NCBI GenBank assembly: GCA_965223905.1
Contig: CBDCXV010000009.1
Span: 192,001-256,000, forward strand
From: Candidatus Latescibacterota bacterium
GTDB taxonomy: Bacteria; Latescibacterota; UBA2968; UBA8231
DNA: 64,000 bases
Direction of reading: 5' to 3'
In this document: positions 8,727-24,230 of the stretch, in pieces
Layout of the letters: each line of letters opens with the position of its first letter
Position numbering within the stretch: the first letter of the stretch is position 1
Notes under the pieces: model-generated
Seen by the model: only the letters and a program-made list of their open reading frames with translations
Told to the model about the DNA's origin: nothing
Database searches by the model: none
Translations under genes and position numbers: made by a program

Positions 8727-10020
8727 ATGTCCGAAACAGAAAGGGAACGACAGGAAAACGAGGCGCGTAGAGCCCGGATCTCAAGGCTGAGCGAATCCAG
8801 TCTGCGCACCGCCGTAAGCCTCGACCTCGTTACTGTCCTGAAAGAGGTCGTGGACAACGCACGGCTGCTGACGAAGGCCCGCTACGGCGCCCTTGCCGTC
8901 TTCGACGCCGCGGGGCATTTACAGCGGTTCATCACTTCCGGCATCACCCCGAAGAGCGCCAGAGGATAGCAGGGGAGGGGCCCTTGGGGCTGGGGCTGTT
9001 CGGTTACGTGAACAGGAGAAGGGAACCGCTGCGCCTGGCAAATCTTCACGAGCATCCCGAGTCGGTCGGCTTTCCCGAAAACCACCCGCCGATGAAGACC
9101 TTTCTCGGAATCCCGATCCTGCATCCGGGCGAGAACTTCGGCAACCTCTATCTCACCGAGAAGGACGCCGGACAGGAGTTTACGCAGGAGGACGAAGAGA
9201 TCCTGGTGATGTTCGCGTCCCACGCGGCAGTCGTCATCGCCAACGCACGCAGGTACAGCCACAGGTCTTCCAGGGGGGTGATGTCCTGCATGACGGCGCC
9301 ATCAAGGGCTCAACGGCCATGGCCCTGGGAGGCCCATCTCAACCCGATCCCGCCGAGAGGCGCCAGCTTTTCCAGATCATCGACGGTCAGGCGGACCTTC
9401 TGCGCGGCCTGATCAACGACCTTCTCGACATGACACAGGTCGAGTCCGGATCGCTGTCGTTCACGTCCGAGCCCGTGGACGTGACGGCCCTCGTCGACCA
9501 CGCGAGGACCACGTTCATGCGGGGTGGCGCGGCAAACAGCATCGAGGTCGATCTGCCCCGGGCAAGGGACGCGAATCACCTTCACCATTCCCGTGTGGCA
9601 GACAGGTCAGAGGTCCGTGGGTCCGCCCACCTGTCTGGAGGGGTGAGGGGGAGGGAGGGAGCGCACACTCGGGCATTCGAAGACGACCCGCTACTGCCGC
9701 GGGACGATACGCCCCAACCCTATCGGTTGGGAGACCTGACGATCGACTACGACGAACGCGCCGTGACCGTGGCGGGCCGTCCGGTGCAGATGACCCCGAC
9801 AGAGTACAAGCTGCTCTGCGAGCTTTCCATCAACGCCGGGCGGGTGGTGGAACACCGTCAACTGCTGGACCGGGTCTGGGGTTCGGAGTACTCCGGCGAT
9901 ACGCGAATTGTACGGGTTTTTGTGAAAGAAATTCGGAGAAAGCTGGGCGACGATGCCCGCAACCCGACGTACATCTTCACCCTGTCTCGCGTCGGCTACC
10001 GCATGGCAAGACCAACGTAG
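8727..10020 (+). pseudogene. Degraded hybrid GAF/histidine kinase/OmpR-type regulator
   Basis: GAF segment split by a frameshift near 8948; HisKA remnant IKGS...LINDLLDMTQVESG; HATPase tail GQGTRITFTIPV in another frame near 9560; intact winged helix MTPTEYKLL...LLDRVWG...RRKLGDDARNPTYIFTLSRVGYRM. Confidence 0.8.
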
Positions 10021-10211
10021 CACACGCGTTCCGGCTCGGAATTACGCAAAGGCATCCGAGAGAGTTGGGTCCGACCCGACCCCCGAAAGCCGTCAGATCG
10101 CCTGGAGGCTGCTGGACCGGTTGACCTGTACTCGGGAAACAGGGCAGCCAGGCAGGGTTGCCGAGTCCGGGAATACCGGCTCCCGGCCGGCGACAGCTGT
10201 GCGGCGCCACC

Positions 10212-10255
10212 AAAAAAAAACAGCGGGCCGGATTCGGGATCCGGCCCGCTGTTTT
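10212..10255. terminator. Rho-independent terminator, probably bidirectional
   Basis: A9-CAGCGGGCCGGAT-TCGGG-ATCCGGCCCGCTG-TTTT between convergent genes. Confidence 0.85.
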
Positions 10256-10295
10256 CAACGAACTCTATACGTAAGAAAAAGTGTCGTGGGCAGCC

Positions 10296-12905
<2,610 letters not shown>

Positions 12906-13076
12906 CAGAAAATCCTCCCGTTTTGGTGGGGTGCGATGGGTTCCTTGTTTTCCAAAAGAAGCAACTTCATGCAAGGCCCGCTTCACCCGGGGTCCCAGGT
13001 TTCGCGGGGCCTGCCCGTCGCTGCATTTGCCTTTCGTTGCCGCACGTATCGGTTCGGTTTCATGCCGAGCCCCGTG

Positions 13077-15842
<2,766 letters not shown>

Positions 15843-16219
15843 ACTGTCCGGATTGTCGATGTGGAATAAAATCGGCAGGCAGGTCGGCTTGTCAGATCAC
15901 GGCTCCGAACCTTTTACAGCGAGGGTCGATGGGGGCACCTTCCGCGCCGGGTGGAGCCCCCTGGCGCATTTCCGGACCAAGGCGTTGGGGAAATGCGAGG
16001 GGCTGCTTCTGCCAATATAGAGAAGGTCCGTACGAGAGAGGAATTATTTTCGTTCCGGCCTGGCACAGCGCGCCGCTGCCGCGGCCAGCTCGCCGGGGGA
16101 GCACGGCTTTTTCCGCCTTTTGGATGAATCGGCAGGTACCGGGGGGCGCCCGATGCCTGGAGGCGTGGAGCCTGCGGCATCGGGCGCTTCTTCGGGTTTC
16201 CCCGGAATCCACGGGGGTC

Positions 16220-18511
16220 TCAGCGCAGCAGCATCATGCGCCGGTGCACGGCCCAGCCCCCTGTCTGGAGGCTGTACACATACACCCCGCTTGCCACCGC
16301 TCGTCCATACTGGTCGCGACCGTCCCATGAGATACGGTGTTCGCCGGCCCCGGGAGCGTCGGCGTGCAGCACGCGCACGAGCTGGCCGGAGAGGTTGTAG
16401 ATATGCAGGCGGATCTCCTCGCCCGCCAGTGAGGCCGGCACCTGGAAGGGAATCACGGTGGAGGCGTTGAACGGGTTGGGCGCGTTCTGCTGCAGGACCG
16501 GCCGGCCGGGTTGCTCCGGACGGACGTCCCAGGCCCGCTCTTCCAGCACCACCAGCATGGCCTCGCCCAACAAGGCGAAGTCCGCCAGCTCGGTCGGTTG
16601 GCTCGGCAGGCCTTCGTACAGCTCCTTCGGCATTCCCGGCCGGTAGGCGACGTCGACCCACACCTCGTCCTCGAGGACGAAGTCGTGGCCGAGCCAGTAG
16701 GCCTTCGGGCGGGTATCGTTGACCGCAGTGGCAAACACACCATCCTGCTCCCCGTCATCCCGCGGTTGGGGATTGACCTCCACGCCCTCGTCCGGGGCGA
16801 ACAGGGAGGTGCGCCGCGTCACCAGCCGGTAGTCCAGGCCGAGTGCCAGGATGTCGTCGAGCAGCTCCTGCTGCGACCCGAAACGGGCGATCTGCTCCTC
16901 GAGAGCCTGCACCTTCTGGTGGGCCCAGAGCCGCGGAATCAGATCCCCCGAGTCATCGGCCCGGGTGAACTCCAGCGGGAAGTCCAGGGATACGGTCTCC
17001 TCCCCCACCTGGCCGGTCACGCTCATGGTGAATTCCCCGCCCTCGCGGTAGCGGCCGACCTGGAACAGCTCCCGGCCGGCAGCCAGGGCCTCCACTCCGC
17101 GCGGGTGCACGTCGTGGATCTCCACGTTACCGAAGGACAGCTCCTCGAGCAGCAAAACAGGGAATGTGAAGGACTCGAAAAGGTCGCGAAGGGCCGTCCC
17201 GATATCTCCCTCATCCGAGAGGAAGTACGCCTCTCCCCGGTGATCCTCGGCGAGGCCGGCGAGAAAACCCTGGTCGACGTCGCCCCCGACGCCGATGGTG
17301 AACAGGCGGGCCCGGCCGTCCGACCACTGGCCCACCAGGTCGCTCAGGGGCTCCAGATCGATCTCCCCGAGGTTCGGCAGGCCGTCGGTCAGAAAGATGA
17401 CGTGGTTGATCCGCCCCGACGGAAACGCCTGCTGCATGGCGCGGCCCAGTCCAGCCTCGAAATTGCTTACCCCCAGAGCATCCTGGCGGTTGATGAAGGC
17501 TGTGGCCGCATTCTTGTTGGCCTCATCGGCCGGCACCGGGGCGGCGGCATAGGAGTCGGCCCGGTGGCTGAAGACGACGATGTTGAACAGGTCCGCTTCT
17601 TCCAGCCCCGCGATCGCCGCAGCAAGGGCACCTTTCACCGCCTCGAGCTTGCCCCGCTGCATGCTCGAGGAGATGTCGATGACGAAGGTCAAGCTGCGCG
17701 GCAGAGGATCGCCTGCCGTCAACTCGGGCAGGGGGGGCAGCCACAGGGCGTAGTACCCCATGGCCTCGTCCCCTTCCGGCGCGAAGCTGAGCACCGTCGG
17801 CTTGAGCAGGTCCCCGGTCTGACGGATGGTCAGGGTGAAGTCCTCCCGGGGGGCAATCTGCTCGTCGCCGAAGAAGACGTTGGCGCGGTAGTCGTCCGGA
17901 CGGTCGACCTCGGTGAGCCGGGGAAGCCCCGAGGTCGTCACCTCGATGGGGTGCTGGCTGTTCACCCGTGCCCGCAGCACGAACAGCTCCATCTGCAGGG
18001 CCTGGTCGGTCTCGGGCGCGAGCGGGAAGGTGTAGTCGAGACGGCCGTTGCGGGCTTCGAGAAGCTGCATGTACTCGAACTCGACCCGGCGGCTGCCGCT
18101 GGCAGGAAAGGGGAAGATGCTCAGGCGAAACTGGTTCGGGGTAATCTGCTCGATCAGGGCCGGGTCGACGCGGCGGCGCACGATGTCGTCGTAGATCTGG
18201 CGCGCCTCCTCCTTTTCCAGGATGAGACCCTGGATGCGCTTGTCTCCGATCCACAGCACCAGGTCGGTGATGATGGCCCCGTCGGGCAAGGTGAACTCGT
18301 AGATCCCCTCGACCTCCCAATCGGCGTGGTTGGTGAAGATCTGGTCGGTGCGGGTGCGGGCGATGCGCTCGTCGATCTGCACGTCGACGGTGGCCGAGGT
18401 CAGCTCGAGGTGCTGGCGGCCATCGTCCCCGACGCCGGTGTACACGTAGCCGATGCCGAGGGCGGGAAGAGGGGCCAGCAGGGCCAGGAGGAGCATGAGT
18501 CGCGTTTTCAT
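16220..18511 (-). CDS. Secreted VIT + vWA domain protein with FlgD/T9SS-like C-terminal domain
   Basis: Signal peptide; VIT EGIYEFTLPDGA...RRRVDPALIE; MIDAS DISSS...FLTDG; CTD LQQNAPNPFNASTVI...IYNLSGQLVR...WDGRD...ASGVYVY. Confidence 0.9.
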   Translation of the reverse strand: MKTRLMLLLALLAPLPALGIGYVYTGVGDDGRQHLELTSATVDVQIDERIARTRTDQIFTNHADWEVEGIYEFTLPDGAIITDLVLWIGDKRIQGLILEKEEARQIYDDIVRRRVDPALIEQITPNQFRLSIFPFPASGSRRVEFEYMQLLEARNGRLDYTFPLAPETDQALQMELFVLRARVNSQHPIEVTTSGLPRLTEVDRPDDYRANVFFGDEQIAPREDFTLTIRQTGDLLKPTVLSFAPEGDEAMGYYALWLPPLPELTAGDPLPRSLTFVIDISSSMQRGKLEAVKGALAAAIAGLEEADLFNIVVFSHRADSYAAAPVPADEANKNAATAFINRQDALGVSNFEAGLGRAMQQAFPSGRINHVIFLTDGLPNLGEIDLEPLSDLVGQWSDGRARLFTIGVGGDVDQGFLAGLAEDHRGEAYFLSDEGDIGTALRDLFESFTFPVLLLEELSFGNVEIHDVHPRGVEALAAGRELFQVGRYREGGEFTMSVTGQVGEETVSLDFPLEFTRADDSGDLIPRLWAHQKVQALEEQIARFGSQQELLDDILALGLDYRLVTRRTSLFAPDEGVEVNPQPRDDGEQDGVFATAVNDTRPKAYWLGHDFVLEDEVWVDVAYRPGMPKELYEGLPSQPTELADFALLGEAMLVVLEERAWDVRPEQPGRPVLQQNAPNPFNASTVIPFQVPASLAGEEIRLHIYNLSGQLVRVLHADAPGAGEHRISWDGRDQYGRAVASGVYVYSLQTGGWAVHRRMMLLR

Positions 18512-18552
18512 GGCGGGGGTCCTTTCGCAGGTGACGGACGGATGCGGGCGGT

Positions 18553-20310
18553 TTAGTAGCCGACGCTGACGCCCCTCGCCTTAAGGGCGGGGATCTGTTC
18601 GTTGAGTGCATTGTCGCTGAGGGGGTTTCTTCCCAATTGTACCTTGTCGCCGTCACCCAAGCCGGTATTGGCGACGAGGGAACCGATATCCGAAATCTCG
18701 TTATCCCACAGATTCAATTCGTGCAACCTGGTCAGACCGACAAGTGGGCTTACATCCGCGATCTTATTGCCCGAGAGGAACAGCCGGGACAATTGGGTCA
18801 AGGCGGCCAGCGGTCTCGCATCAGTGATCGTGTTGTCGCTCAATCCCAGCCAATTCAGGTTGGTCAGGGCCGCCAGCGGTCTCGCATCAGTGATCTCGTT
18901 GCGCGACAGGTCCAGCCGTTTCAAGCGGGTCAAACCTGCCAGCGGACTCGCATCGGAGATTTGATTCTTCCTTAACTCTAGGTATCCCATCTTGGTCAGA
19001 ACGGCCAGTGGTCTGACATCCGCAACCTCGTTATAACTCAATACCTTTGACTCCAGGTTGGTCAAGGCGGCCAACGGACTCACATCGGAAATGCTATTGG
19101 CCTGCAGGCGCAGGTTTTGCAGATCTGCCAGAGGAGTCAGGGCAACCAGAACATCGATCTGATTGTCATCCAGATACACCCACTCCAGATTCGTCAGAGA
19201 GCCCAGTGAGCGCACATCCGCGATCTGATTTTCCCTCAAGTCCAGAGCCGTCAGGTTGATCAGGGCGGCCAGCGGACTCACATCGGAGATTGAATTGTTC
19301 CTCAACTCCAGGCTTGTCAGCTTGGTCAGTACCGCTAGAGGGCTCACGTCCGAAACCTGGTTGTTGTTCAGGAGCAGTTTTCGCAGGTTCGTCAGAGCGG
19401 CCAAGGGGCTTACGTCTTCGATATGGTTGGAATGCAACTGCAACCACTCCAAGGCGGCAAAGTGCTCAAGACCTTCCAAGCTATGGATGTTGTCGCCAGC
19501 CGCTTGGAACTGAGTCATGGAAGCGACTGCCTGCCGGGTAATGCGGCCCTGCGGACGTCGCAAGGCCTGCCGTACCGCTGTCTCCAGCGCCTTGGATGCG
19601 AACAGTGTCGTCTGAAAAATCACCTCATCCCGTAGAAGCATGCTGCTGCTCTCATTTACCAGCACAGTAAAGAACGGGGGGTCTGCAGCCGACGAAGTCA
19701 CAGGCTGATGCGTCTTCTGCAGGTGCGTCACCAGCGTCTCTATTGCCTCCACGCGGTCCAGATCGACAACAGTGGCGCGGTCATCAAGTTTGACAATGAC
19801 CCGCCCGGTCTGATCTTGCCACCGTTCCCGCAGAAAGGCATCTACTGCTTCCCAGCCGATCAGCCGGCTTGACTCCTCCAGCAACGCTTCGACTCTCAGA
19901 TCGATCCGCCAGTCGATGGAAACCAGGCCCTCCGGCAGGTCGGCGGGTTCGCTGGATTCCAACGCGAGGGGCAGGGAGTCGCCTCCGGGGCGGATCCACA
20001 GCAGGGTTTCCTGCCGCTGACCGGACGGATCGACGCAGCGAACGGCCGCCAGGCTGTCGGGCCGGCCCTGGTACTCGACTTGGATGTCGGCCAGCGCCTG
20101 TCCCGCTTCACCCACCAAGTCCACCCACAGGCCGCGGGGAAACTCTGGAGACTCGATCATCACTCGGCCGGCGGCATCGCTCACCGCCTGCGCCCGGCCC
20201 GTGCTGTCGGTTCCGGCGGCATAAGGGAACTCGCTCTGAGCCGTTGCTGCGGGAATCCCGAGCGCTGCGAGCGCCGGAAGAACTGCGGATCGAAGGATTG
20301 GCAGGTGCAT
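18553..20310 (-). CDS. Secreted internalin-like leucine-rich repeat protein
   Basis: Signal peptide; about 13 copies of the 22-aa LxLxxNxIsDvsPLaaLtnL repeat; C-cap NPLSDNALNEQIPALKARGV. Confidence 0.92.
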   Translation of the reverse strand: MHLPILRSAVLPALAALGIPAATAQSEFPYAAGTDSTGRAQAVSDAAGRVMIESPEFPRGLWVDLVGEAGQALADIQVEYQGRPDSLAAVRCVDPSGQRQETLLWIRPGGDSLPLALESSEPADLPEGLVSIDWRIDLRVEALLEESSRLIGWEAVDAFLRERWQDQTGRVIVKLDDRATVVDLDRVEAIETLVTHLQKTHQPVTSSAADPPFFTVLVNESSSMLLRDEVIFQTTLFASKALETAVRQALRRPQGRITRQAVASMTQFQAAGDNIHSLEGLEHFAALEWLQLHSNHIEDVSPLAALTNLRKLLLNNNQVSDVSPLAVLTKLTSLELRNNSISDVSPLAALINLTALDLRENQIADVRSLGSLTNLEWVYLDDNQIDVLVALTPLADLQNLRLQANSISDVSPLAALTNLESKVLSYNEVADVRPLAVLTKMGYLELRKNQISDASPLAGLTRLKRLDLSRNEITDARPLAALTNLNWLGLSDNTITDARPLAALTQLSRLFLSGNKIADVSPLVGLTRLHELNLWDNEISDIGSLVANTGLGDGDKVQLGRNPLSDNALNEQIPALKARGVSVGY

Positions 20311-20651
20311 CAGAAGGTCACCACCGATAAATTCCGGTTTGGAAATAAGGTTCGATCCGTTGAGGGCCTGTTCGCTGATGGGGTGTCGGGAAATTCGGGG
20401 AGTGTATGGGGGGTTAATTGCCGACGCGCGATGGGTATTCCGGTATTCCTACCGCCATTCTGTGAGTATTGTGCCAGAAAATACTGTTTCGGAAGTCCCT
20501 TACCAAAGGCTTCAAATCAAACCGGCAACATTCTCCCGTAATGTGGCAGTATTCCGGCAACGAATTTTAAACGGGCGCCTGATCGGTGGCTCTTTGGGAA
20601 ATCGTTTCCAAGACCTCCGGACCCCGGTCCAAAAGCCACAGGGGAAGCCGG

Positions 20652-21347
20652 CTATTCCCCGATAACCCTGGGGTTATGCTGGTTTCCGCACAGCAGCTGC
20701 GTCTCCAGTTCCGAGGGATTTTCGATTCTCGCGAGCTGGCTCCGCATGTCCTCCTGCGGAATGAACCAGGGCATCAGGTACATCCCCAGCAGGCAGGACC
20801 TGGCCCTGGCGGTGCGGTTGGGCCGCGACGTGTGCCACCAGGCCCCGTGTGCCACCACCGCGGTGCCGCGGGTTCCTATCAGCATTTCCCCGTCCTCCCG
20901 CCAGCGGTCGGTCGGCGGTTCGGGCGGATGCCCCTTTCGATGCGAGCCGGGCACGACACCGGTGGCCCCGTTCTCCTCGGTGAAGTCGTCGAGGAGCCAC
21001 ACCGTCTGCGCCGCGAAGTTCCCCGCTGGCCAGGGCGGTTGCAGCGACCAGTACGGATAGTCCGCGTGCCACCCGATTCCCTCGTGGCCGGGGTAGATGG
21101 TGTTCGCCGTCCAGGAGGAGCAGATGATGTCGTCGCCGAGGTACCGTTTCCAGATCGACACGATCAGCGGGTGGCACATCAGGTCGAGGAAAACCGAGTG
21201 CTTGTAGGCGATGCCGCCGACGCGCTGGTGCATGCCGGCGCGCGCCGCGTCGTCGATCTCCGCCTCGAGAAACCCCTCGAGAACGGTGCGCGCCGCGTCC
21301 GCTTCTTCAGGGGAGATTGCGTTCGGAAGGATGCCGTGTACCACCAT
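20652..21347 (-). CDS. PhyH-family Fe(II)/2-oxoglutarate dioxygenase (N-terminus possibly truncated)
   Basis: WHAD (HxD); LDDFTEENGATGVVPGSH; distal WWHTS; ARS. Confidence 0.85.
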   Translation of the reverse strand: MVVHGILPNAISPEEADAARTVLEGFLEAEIDDAARAGMHQRVGGIAYKHSVFLDLMCHPLIVSIWKRYLGDDIICSSWTANTIYPGHEGIGWHADYPYWSLQPPWPAGNFAAQTVWLLDDFTEENGATGVVPGSHRKGHPPEPPTDRWREDGEMLIGTRGTAVVAHGAWWHTSRPNRTARARSCLLGMYLMPWFIPQEDMRSQLARIENPSELETQLLCGNQHNPRVIGE

Positions 21348-21415
21348 GAACCCGGTCTCGCGCGCGGCCCCGGGTGATCCTATTCTTGCGGTGACTCAAA
21401 GGCAGGAGCAGATCG

Positions 21416-22180
21416 ATGGCCGGTATGACGACAGAAGAAAGGTTCCAGTTCGACCTGCAGGGATACCTGGTGGTTCGGGGCGTGTTGACCTCCGAGGAGG
21501 TCGCCGAGCTCAACGAGCTGGCCGACGAGGCCTGGCCCGGAGAACACGACGGGACCGGCCTGCGCCGCACTTCCAATGTCTCGCAGTGGGGCCCGCGGTT
21601 TCGCGACCTGATCGACCATCCCGGCATCGTTCCCTACCTGGTCGAGCTGATGGGGCCGAAGTTCCGCATCGACCACGACTACAGCATGTTCATGCGCCGC
21701 GGCACCTCGCGCAGCCGCCTGCACGGCGGGCCGTCGCCGCAGTGCTACGAGGGGGATCACTGGTACCGGTTCTATCCCGACGGCACGATCCGCAACGGCC
21801 TGACAGTCTTCACCTACAACCTGACCGACTACAACCCCGGGGACGGCGGCTTCGCCTGCGTGCCGGGCAGCCACAAAACCAACCTGCGCGCGGCCATGCC
21901 GGAGGAGGTGCTCCGCTTCGAGCGTCCGGCCCATTACGTCAGGCAGCCCGCGGTGAAGGCGGGGGACGTGATCATCTTCACCGAGGCGCTGGTGCACGGC
22001 ACCTTTCCCTGGGACGCCGACCACGAGCGCCGGGCCCTGCTCTACAAGTACAGCCCCGGGCATTCCTCCTGGAGCGGCACCTACTACGACCCCGCGGACT
22101 ATCCAGGCGCCACCGAGCAGCAGATCCGCATCATGGCGCCCCCTTCGGTCGGCCAGCGGCCCGACTCGCTGCAGGCATAA
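21416..22180 (+). CDS. PhyH-family Fe(II)/2OG oxygenase with an HGG motif
   Basis: AGGAG RBS; FDLQGYLVVRGVL; LHGG; GGFACVPGSHK; KAGDVIIFTEALVHGT; RRALLYKY. Confidence 0.88.
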   Translation: MAGMTTEERFQFDLQGYLVVRGVLTSEEVAELNELADEAWPGEHDGTGLRRTSNVSQWGPRFRDLIDHPGIVPYLVELMGPKFRIDHDYSMFMRRGTSRSRLHGGPSPQCYEGDHWYRFYPDGTIRNGLTVFTYNLTDYNPGDGGFACVPGSHKTNLRAAMPEEVLRFERPAHYVRQPAVKAGDVIIFTEALVHGTFPWDADHERRALLYKYSPGHSSWSGTYYDPADYPGATEQQIRIMAPPSVGQRPDSLQA

Positions 22181-22374
22181 CAGCCCACGGCGGAGCGGGT
22201 TCCACGCGGCCGGCATCGGGGCCTGAACTGTCCTTGCAGGCCTCCCGATTCTGCCGATCTCACCGGCGGCCACCGGTCGCACCTTCAGGCCCGGTCTTTC
22301 AACCCCGGTCAACGGGAATTGTTACCTGCCCCGGGGTTGGAACCTCGGAGCGATCTTAGCGGCCTCCCAAGCCT

Positions 22375-23529
22375 TCACCGCTCGATGGTGTAGCGGGCCA
22401 CCGCGTCTTCGTTCAGCTCGATACCCAACCCGGGCCCTTCCGGAACCGCGGCGAAACCGCCTTCAACGGCCACCGGCGAGCCGGCCAGCTCCGTCATCAT
22501 CGGGCTCAGCCTGTCGGCGCTGGCCTCCCCCCATTCCCGGCGGGTGATCGGGTACTCGCACAGGAATCCCTGCGGCATCGCCGCCACGAGGTGAATGCTG
22601 GCGGCGAAATTGATCGCCGTTCCCCAGTTGTGGGGCACCACCGGGATGTTCGCCAGCCGCGCCATCTCGGCGATCCGCCGTCCCTCGGTCAGCCCTCCCA
22701 CCCACGACAGGTCGGGCTGCAGCAGGTCGACGGCGCGCCGTTCGATCAGGTCCCTGAAGGCGAACGCCGTCAGGTCGGACTCCCCCGCGGCGATGCGGAC
22801 CCTGGTGCGGGCGGTGAGCTCGGCCATGTTCCCCGCGTCGTCGGCGCTCGACAGGGGCTCCTCCCACCAGTAGATGCCGGCTCCCGAGTCCTCGATCATG
22901 CGTGCGGTCTGCAGGGCCTCGGCGAGGCTCTCGGGGCGGCCGAGGTCAAGCATGAGGTCGACCTCCTCGCCGGCCAGGGCGCGCAGCTCCCGCAGGATGG
23001 CGACGTCCCGCGCGGGCTTGCGGCCGAAGTCGGACCAGCCGTAGAACTTGAGCGCCCGGTACCCCTGGCGGACGTACTCCCCGGTATCGGCGAAGGCCTG
23101 GTCCGGGGCGTCGCCGTCGACCCAGATGCTGCTGACATATACCTTGACGCGCTCCCGGAACCGGCCCCCCAGCAGATCGCACAGGGGGATGTTCAGCGAG
23201 CGCGCCGCGGCGTCGTGGACGGCCATGTCGATGCCGCTGACGGCGTGGATCATCATCCCGCGGCGGTCGTAGAGGCGGCGGCAGGCGTCGTACATCCGCT
23301 CCCAGACGACGCTGGTCGCCAGCACTTTCTGGCCGACGACCTCCTGCGCCAGCCGCCGGTCGATCAGCTCACTTGCAGCGAACACGCCGCCGCCGAAGCG
23401 GTCGGGGACGAAGCACTCCCCGAGGCCTTCCACACCCTCGTCGGTGCGCACCCGAACAAGCACCCAGCCTCCGTGGGGATACTCGTACGACTTCAGAACT
23501 CGAGCGGTGACTTCCGCAATCCTCGGCAT
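22375..23529 (-). CDS. Mandelate racemase/muconate lactonizing enzyme family protein (enolase superfamily)
   Basis: GGAGG RBS; VRVRTDEGVEGLGE; AVSGIDMAVHD; metal ligands in MLDLG, WWEEP, AGES; PEGPGLGIELN. Confidence 0.92.
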   Translation of the reverse strand: MPRIAEVTARVLKSYEYPHGGWVLVRVRTDEGVEGLGECFVPDRFGGGVFAASELIDRRLAQEVVGQKVLATSVVWERMYDACRRLYDRRGMMIHAVSGIDMAVHDAAARSLNIPLCDLLGGRFRERVKVYVSSIWVDGDAPDQAFADTGEYVRQGYRALKFYGWSDFGRKPARDVAILRELRALAGEEVDLMLDLGRPESLAEALQTARMIEDSGAGIYWWEEPLSSADDAGNMAELTARTRVRIAAGESDLTAFAFRDLIERRAVDLLQPDLSWVGGLTEGRRIAEMARLANIPVVPHNWGTAINFAASIHLVAAMPQGFLCEYPITRREWGEASADRLSPMMTELAGSPVAVEGGFAAVPEGPGLGIELNEDAVARYTIER

Positions 23530-23796
23530 GTGATCCTCCGGTTTCTTCGATTGACAGCGACCGGGCCTCCCGCCACCTTCACCGCTCCACGGTCCGTTGA
23601 TGCCCCGGCAAGGTCGAAACCGCGCGTAGGAAAAAGGCGGCCGGCCCGGGGTCGGGGGTCCCCTGCAGGGAGCGGGACGCTGAATCCGGAACGCTTTTCC
23701 GTGCGTTCCCAACAGATACCGAAGGGTTCGCGGAGGCAAGGGGAACGCAGCCGGATCTGTTTTCAACGGGCGTCCCAAAGCAATATGGAGGCTGCC

Positions 23797-24093
23797 GTGC
23801 CGGAAAGAACCGTCAGTGATGAAGTCGGGTCGAAGCTGCTGTTCGAAAACGATCGCGTGCGCGTCTGGGATCTGCGCATCGATCCGGGCGAGAGCACCGG
23901 TCTTCACCGCCACACCAAAGACTACCTGTACGTCGTTATCGGCGGCGGCAGCCTGAAAGGGCCGGGCGGCGAACCGAAGGAGATGGCGGACGGCGAGGTG
24001 GTCTTCCGGGAAATCCCCGGCGAGGAGATCCACGAGGCGATCAACGCCGGCGACCGGCCCTGGCGGAATATCATAGTCGAACTGAAGGACTGA
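23797..24093 (+). CDS. Cupin domain protein
   Basis: GGAGG then GTG; VGSKLLFENDRVRVWDLRIDPGESTGLHRH...HEAINAG...IIVELK. Confidence 0.85.
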   Translation: MPERTVSDEVGSKLLFENDRVRVWDLRIDPGESTGLHRHTKDYLYVVIGGGSLKGPGGEPKEMADGEVVFREIPGEEIHEAINAGDRPWRNIIVELKD

Positions 24094-24230
24094 CCGGGGC
24101 GCGCGCTGCCGCGGTTGCTTCGGCCTGCGCCCTTCTTCACACACATCCCTTCGTTTTCTCCCCGGCAATCCGGGCGGGCAAAGGCAGGTTCGGCCGGCTC
24201 TCCCGGTCCCTATTCCTCAAGCAAAGTGAT

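Noticed and set aside
15880-16010. Glycine or cobalamin riboswitch upstream of the TonB receptor
   Set aside because: Hairpins exist, but the conserved cores of these riboswitches were not found
18600-19480. CRISPR-like 66-nt periodicity
   Set aside because: Explained by 22-aa LRR coding repeats; no cas genes present
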